Part shown: positions 6,656 to 9,430 of the stretch, one piece after another
How positions within the stretch are numbered: the first letter of the stretch is position 1
Layout: each line of letters begins with the position of its first letter
Source: an uncultured archaeon
GTDB lineage: Archaea; Iainarchaeota; Iainarchaeia; Iainarchaeales; CSSED10-239
Length of the DNA stretch: 9,430 nt
Direction: 5' to 3'
Assembly (NCBI GenBank): GCA_964463155.1
Contig: CAYXAY010000017.1
Coordinates: forward strand, 5,734 to 15,163
Translations under genes and position numbers: made by a program
Notes under the pieces: generated by a model
The model's database searches: none
Seen by the model: only the letters and a program-made list of their open reading frames with translations
Told to the model about the DNA's origin: nothing

Positions 6656-6745
6656 AAATCTTCAAAATATATGTGTCGTAAGACATATATGTTTTTTATG
6701 TTGCAATTAAGGAGTATAGAGGGTTTCTACAAATCCATTTACTTT

Positions 6746-6753
6746 AAGGAGGT
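6746..6753 (+). promoter_or_regulatory. Shine-Dalgarno site (AAGGAGGT)
   Basis: Strong SD 5 nt upstream of ATG 6759. Confidence 0.6.
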
Positions 6754-6758
6754 AAAAA

Positions 6759-7235
6759 ATGTTTACAAACGCGTTGTTTGCAGTGATGGATTTTGCACCA
6801 ACAACCTCAACAGAAGGAATAGTAACCACAGGATGGTTGGGGACATTATTAGCGATGTTTGCGGCATTTATGGTTGTTGCAATAATAATAGGAATAGCAT
6901 TATATGTTTATAATTCCGTGATATGGTACACCATTGCAAAAAAATTAAAACACAAATACCCATGGTTAGCATGGATTCCATTTGCAAATATTGCAATGAT
7001 ATTACAATTAGGTGATTTCCGTTGGGCACTAATATTCTTACTATTGATTCCACTCTTAGGATGGCTTGCAGTTGTTGTGCTATTGTTTATTGCAACGTGG
7101 AGAGTCTTTGAAAAAAGAAAATATCCTGGCTGGTTAGCATTAATACCATTAGCAATTGCAATACCATTTTTAGGTTTTGTAGTAGCTATTGGATATCTAG
7201 TACTAATTGGCTTTGTTGCATGGAAAGATAAATGA
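6759..7235 (+). CDS. Small polytopic membrane protein (DUF5684-like)
   Basis: 158 aa with about four hydrophobic helices. KYPWLAWIPFANIAMILQLG...LLLIPLLGW...KYPGWLALIP resembles the repeated xWLAWIP motif of DUF5684-type proteins (recalled by eye). Strong SD. Ends at TGA. Confidence 0.7.
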   Translation: MFTNALFAVMDFAPTTSTEGIVTTGWLGTLLAMFAAFMVVAIIIGIALYVYNSVIWYTIAKKLKHKYPWLAWIPFANIAMILQLGDFRWALIFLLLIPLLGWLAVVVLLFIATWRVFEKRKYPGWLALIPLAIAIPFLGFVVAIGYLVLIGFVAWKDK

Positions 7236-7260
7236 TTTTATCTTTCTCTTTTTTTATTTT

Positions 7261-7602
7261 TTAACATTTATTTTCTTTTATGATAGGGATGGTGTCAGCT
7301 ATACAAGCATTGTTATAAGTTACATCATTAGCTGCACAAACAGGACCATATCCCATAGTGCATGGCTTTGATATGTCGATAACAGATTATCTTTTAGAGC
7401 ATTCTTTTCTAAATTGCCTCCATTCTTCGCATTCAGAATGCCCATCCGGTAATATACAAGCACTAAATTGTCCTTTCACATCTTTTGTTTCTAAAAATCC
7501 TCCAAGCGTTAAACAGTTACGAGATGCCGGATTTTCAATCCCTGTGTTTGTTGCAGGCTTTAATAATACAAAACTTAAAACAATTGCAATAACAACAACT
7601 AA
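7261..7602 (-). pseudogene. DUF333 (putative-hemolysin-like) plus Kazal-like domain secreted protein; in-frame TAA between the domains and no canonical start
   Basis: Minus-strand frame: LVVVIAIVLSFVLLKPATNTGIENPASRNCLTLGGFLETKDVKGQFSACILPDGHSECEEWRQFRKECSKR*SVIDISKPCTMGYGPVCAANDVTYNNACIADTIPIIKENKC*. NPAS..C...GG....C.LPDGSECEEW...EC matches DUF333. C..GYGPVC..N..TY.N.C matches the Kazal core. The internal TAA is at 7387-7389. Another TAA (7603-7605) immediately precedes the hydrophobic segment. There is no in-frame ATG, GTG or TTG before residue 42. Confidence 0.6.
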
Positions 7603-7620
7603 TTATATATAAAAGACAAG

Positions 7621-7632
7621 AATTTATAAATT
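7621..7632. promoter_or_regulatory. Palindromic TATA element (AATTTATAAATT) in the divergent intergenic region
   Basis: Perfect 12-nt palindrome. TTTATAAA ends 22 nt before ATG 7653 (near-leaderless GGCT-like gene) and sits about 20-25 nt from the start of the minus-strand DUF333-Kazal frame. Confidence 0.35.
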
Positions 7633-7652
7633 ATTTTATTATAGAGTTTTCT

Positions 7653-8216
7653 ATGATTAAAAAAATAATTATTGCTTTGTTGTTATTGTTTTTTATTGGT
7701 TGTATATTTTATATTTTAACTAAACAATCAACAACAATAGTAACAATGGATCCAGAAGACGAGAATAAGATATATTATTTCGGTTATGGAAGCAACATGG
7801 ATATTGATCTTTTAAGAAATAGGATTGATAATAATTCTATTGTGCCTGTAAGTTATGCAAAACTTGAAGACTATGAACTGATTTTTCCAAGAGGGGTAGG
7901 TAGTGTTATCCCTAAACAAGGGCACGACATATATGGTTGCCTTTATCTTTTGACAAGAGAAGAAATATTAAAGCTTGATATTGTTGAAGGTTACAAGGAA
8001 GGCAGAGACCGAAACAAAAATAGTTATATAAGAGACAAGATTAATGTTATTGTTCCAGATGGTAGAACAATACAAGCAGATATCTATATTCAAGTAAACA
8101 ATACTATTGATTACAAGACAAGTCAAAGTTATAAAGATACACTTGTTAAAGGCGCAAGCGATTGTTCTCTTCCCGATTTCTATAAGACAGAATTAGAGCA
8201 AATAGAAGTTAGATAA
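7653..8216 (+). CDS. Gamma-glutamylcyclotransferase / AIG2-like family protein with N-terminal membrane anchor
   Basis: 187 aa. N-terminal KKIIIALLLLFFIGCIFYIL helix, then the YYFGYGSNM motif and LDIVEGY (catalytic Glu region) typical of the GGCT/AIG2 fold. Confidence 0.7.
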   Translation: MIKKIIIALLLLFFIGCIFYILTKQSTTIVTMDPEDENKIYYFGYGSNMDIDLLRNRIDNNSIVPVSYAKLEDYELIFPRGVGSVIPKQGHDIYGCLYLLTREEILKLDIVEGYKEGRDRNKNSYIRDKINVIVPDGRTIQADIYIQVNNTIDYKTSQSYKDTLVKGASDCSLPDFYKTELEQIEVR

Positions 8217-8328
8217 TTTTCTTAATTTTGTGAATTTGTTATTTGTCGTAAAATTTTTGCATTTTCCAAAATAACAGTTATATTCTCGGCACTGGACAGT
8301 CTTCCTCCCCAAAACACCCAGATTTCTT

Positions 8329-8349
8329 TCACCAATATATTATTGGTGA
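8329..8349 (+). promoter_or_regulatory. Hairpin sequestering the Shine-Dalgarno site of the Bro-N-family gene
   Basis: TCACCAAT (8329-8336), loop ATATT, ATTGGTGA (8342-8349), giving a perfect 8-bp stem. The 3' arm contains the SD GGTGA (8345-8349), 7 nt upstream of ATG 8357. Confidence 0.4.
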
Positions 8350-8356
8350 TTAATAG

Positions 8357-8770
8357 ATGCAAGACAAAAATGAAATTGCAATTTTTGAAAACAAAAAGAT
8401 AAGAAGATCATGGCATGAAGAAGACTGGTGGGTTTCAGTAGTTGATATTGTGGGGGCATTGACTGAAAGTGAAAGACCCAGAAAATATTGGAATGATTTG
8501 AAATTTAAGATATCAGAAGAAGGTTTCCAGTTGTCCGAAAAATTCGGACAACTGAAACTACAATCTGAAGATGGTAAATATTATGAAACAGATTGTGCAA
8601 ATCTTGAAGGAATCTTTAGAATAATTCAATCAATTTCTTCTCCAAAAGCAGAACCATTCAAGTTATGGCTTGCAAAGGTCGGTTATCAAAGAATTGAAGG
8701 AAACATAGATCCAGAACTAATAATCAACAGAGTTTTAGATACTTATCTAAGGAAAGGTCATTCTATATAA
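8357..8770 (+). CDS. Bro-N domain family protein (phage antirepressor-like), N-terminal part up to the first in-frame TAA
   Basis: 137-aa ORF. FENKKIRRSWHEEDWWVSVVDIVGALT (Bro-N-like) and the highly characteristic IQSISSPKAEPFKLWLAKVGYQRIE block. GGTGAT SD at 8345-8350. Confidence 0.75.
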   Translation: MQDKNEIAIFENKKIRRSWHEEDWWVSVVDIVGALTESERPRKYWNDLKFKISEEGFQLSEKFGQLKLQSEDGKYYETDCANLEGIFRIIQSISSPKAEPFKLWLAKVGYQRIEGNIDPELIINRVLDTYLRKGHSI

Positions 8771-9190
8771 TTGGCAAATCAAAGACTTAAGGCAATTGAA
8801 GTTAGAAAAGAATTGACAGAGGAGTGGAAAAGATGCGGTATAGAAAAACCACCAGAGTTTGCATCTCTCACAAACACTTAAACAAAGGCCCGGTCTGATA
8901 GAACAGTAAGAGAATATAAAGATTTAAAAAATTTAAAGAAAGAAAAATTAAGAGACAATATGACTAATATAGAACTAATATTAAATCTCTTTGCGGAAGC
9001 AACAACAACCGAGATTTCCGAGATTGAAAATCCAAATGGTTTTCTTCCAAGTGAAGATGTTGCTAAATCTGGTAGAGAAATTGCAGGAAATACAAGAAAG
9101 AATATTGAAAAAAGATTCGGAAAAACAGTAATCACTTCTAAAAATGCAAAAAATCTTTTAGTGGAAAAAGAATATAAAAAAATAGGATAG
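8771..9190 (+). other. Same-frame continuation of the Bro-N-family gene through TAA 8768-8770 and TAA 8879-8881, ending at TAG 9188-9190
   Basis: Codon-by-codon reading in the frame of 8357 gives LANQRLKAIEVRKELTEEWKRCGIEKPPEFASLTNT*TKARSDRTVREYKDLKNLKKEKLRDNMTNIELILNLFAEATTTEISEIENPNGF...GKTVITSKNAKNLL...*. This order of motifs (RxELTxEW, EFAxLTN, EYKxLK, NLRDxM, ELIxxxLxExxTxEIS, GKxVxTxxN) matches the full-length family as I recall it. ORF-track entry 8960-9190 is only its tail. Confidence 0.65.
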
Positions 9191-9191
9191 G

Positions 9192-9264
9192 TGGTCCCAC
9201 CCGGGATCGGACCGGGGATCTCTACCATGTCAAGGTAACGTCATAACCACTAGACCATAGGACC
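9192..9264 (-). tRNA. tRNA-Val (anticodon GAC)
   Basis: The reverse complement folds as GGTCCTA-TG-GTCTAGTGGTTATGAC-G-TTACC-TTGACAT-GGTAG-AGATC-CCCGG-TCCGATC-CCGGG-TGGGACC-A. The D arm is archaeal-type and there is no encoded CCA. An AT-rich TATA-like stretch at 9277-9290 lies about 20 nt upstream. Confidence 0.88.
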
Positions 9265-9293
9265 TTTTGTTTGCTTGATATAATAATTAAGTA

Positions 9294-9316
9294 AAAAACT
9301 ATTTATAATAGTTTTT
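9294..9316. terminator. Palindromic hairpin with A5/T5 flanks (possible terminator after the aaRS gene)
   Basis: aaaaactatt-tat-aatagttttt, a 10-bp stem and 3-nt loop, lying between the aaRS stop (9370) and the tRNA-Val promoter region. AT-rich, so low information. Confidence 0.3.
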
Positions 9317-9369
9317 GTTTTTTATTAAAAATCAAGTGATCCCGCTGTTGTTAGAACTAACTAACCATT

Positions 9370-9430
9370 TTATGGAGTTAATCTTTCAGGATCTCTTGGA
9401 AGAAGTACTGCGTCTTTGACATTAGCAAGG
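9370..9430 (-). CDS. 3' end of a class IIb aminoacyl-tRNA synthetase, most like archaeal/eukaryotic-type aspartyl-tRNA synthetase
   Basis: The minus frame reads ...LANVKDAVLLPRDPERLTP*. The (F/L)PRDxxRLxP C-terminus is characteristic of archaeal/eukaryal AspRS. Only 19 codons are in the window. Confidence 0.45.
   Translation of the reverse strand, partial: LANVKDAVLLPRDPERLTP

Noticed and set aside
6667-6690. Inverted repeat atatatgt-N8-acatatat just upstream of the transposase relic, and recurrence of the 8-mer taagacat at 2394, 2700 and 6681
   Set aside because: The AT-only stem carries little information. Part of the 8-mer recurrence is explained by the sRNA terminal stem (2700-2707). 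The other copies do not extend into longer matches.
6671-7053. Plus ORF 6671-6913 and minus ORF 6868-7053
   Set aside because: Both overlap the SD-led membrane-protein gene 6759-7235 in other frames. ORF 6671 has no RBS and a Cys/Asn-rich nonsense-like product.
7358-7612. Plus-strand ORF of 84 aa
   Set aside because: The opposite strand carries clear DUF333 and Kazal motifs, so this ORF is their antisense shadow.
8878-9228. Minus-strand ORF of 116 aa
   Set aside because: It overlaps the conserved Bro-N-family continuation on the plus strand and runs into tRNA-Val, so it is a shadow ORF.
1-9430. CRISPR arrays, tandem repeats and DGR-like template/variable repeat pairs
   Set aside because: By-eye scanning found no regularly spaced direct repeats or long near-identical duplicated segments. 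The only structured repeats are short palindromes and the sRNA stem.

Overview
AT-rich fragment that looks archaeal, most like a small-genome DPANN-type lineage. Evidence for this: archaeal-style tRNAs without encoded CCA, TATA boxes about 25-28 nt upstream of RNA 5' ends, oligo-T terminators, a canonical box C/D sRNA, and a mix of SD-led and near-leaderless genes. Left to right: (1) a plus-strand cluster made of a 5'-partial Asn-rich protein with a UPF0175-like C-terminus, a PIN-domain protein overlapping it by 4 nt, a Lys-rich probable winged-helix protein and a small membrane-anchored coiled-coil protein. (2) A minus-strand box C/D sRNA at 2700-2768 that the ORF track does not show. (3) A divergent RpiA-like gene and a SAM-methyltransferase-like gene. 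(4) A tRNA-Met(CAT)/tRNA-Glu(CTC) pair. (5) An MFS transporter. (6) A degraded IS4/IS5-type transposase. (7) A small polytopic membrane protein, a minus-strand DUF333-Kazal secreted-protein frame, a membrane-anchored GGCT/AIG2-like protein and a Bro-N-family gene that ends 1 nt from tRNA-Val(GAC). (8) The last 19 codons of a class II aaRS, AspRS-like. The main hunt result is that three unrelated genes (methyltransferase, DUF333-Kazal, Bro-N family) are each interrupted only by in-frame TAA codons, five in total and with no frameshifts. In each, recognisable family motifs continue in the same frame downstream and no start codon follows the TAA. This means either context-dependent TAA readthrough or recoding, or very recent nonsense-only pseudogenisation of a tRNA-bounded accessory island. 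Second, all three tRNAs have C instead of the near-universal U at T-loop position 55. No CRISPR array was seen. All homology calls are by-eye motif recognition, not database searches.
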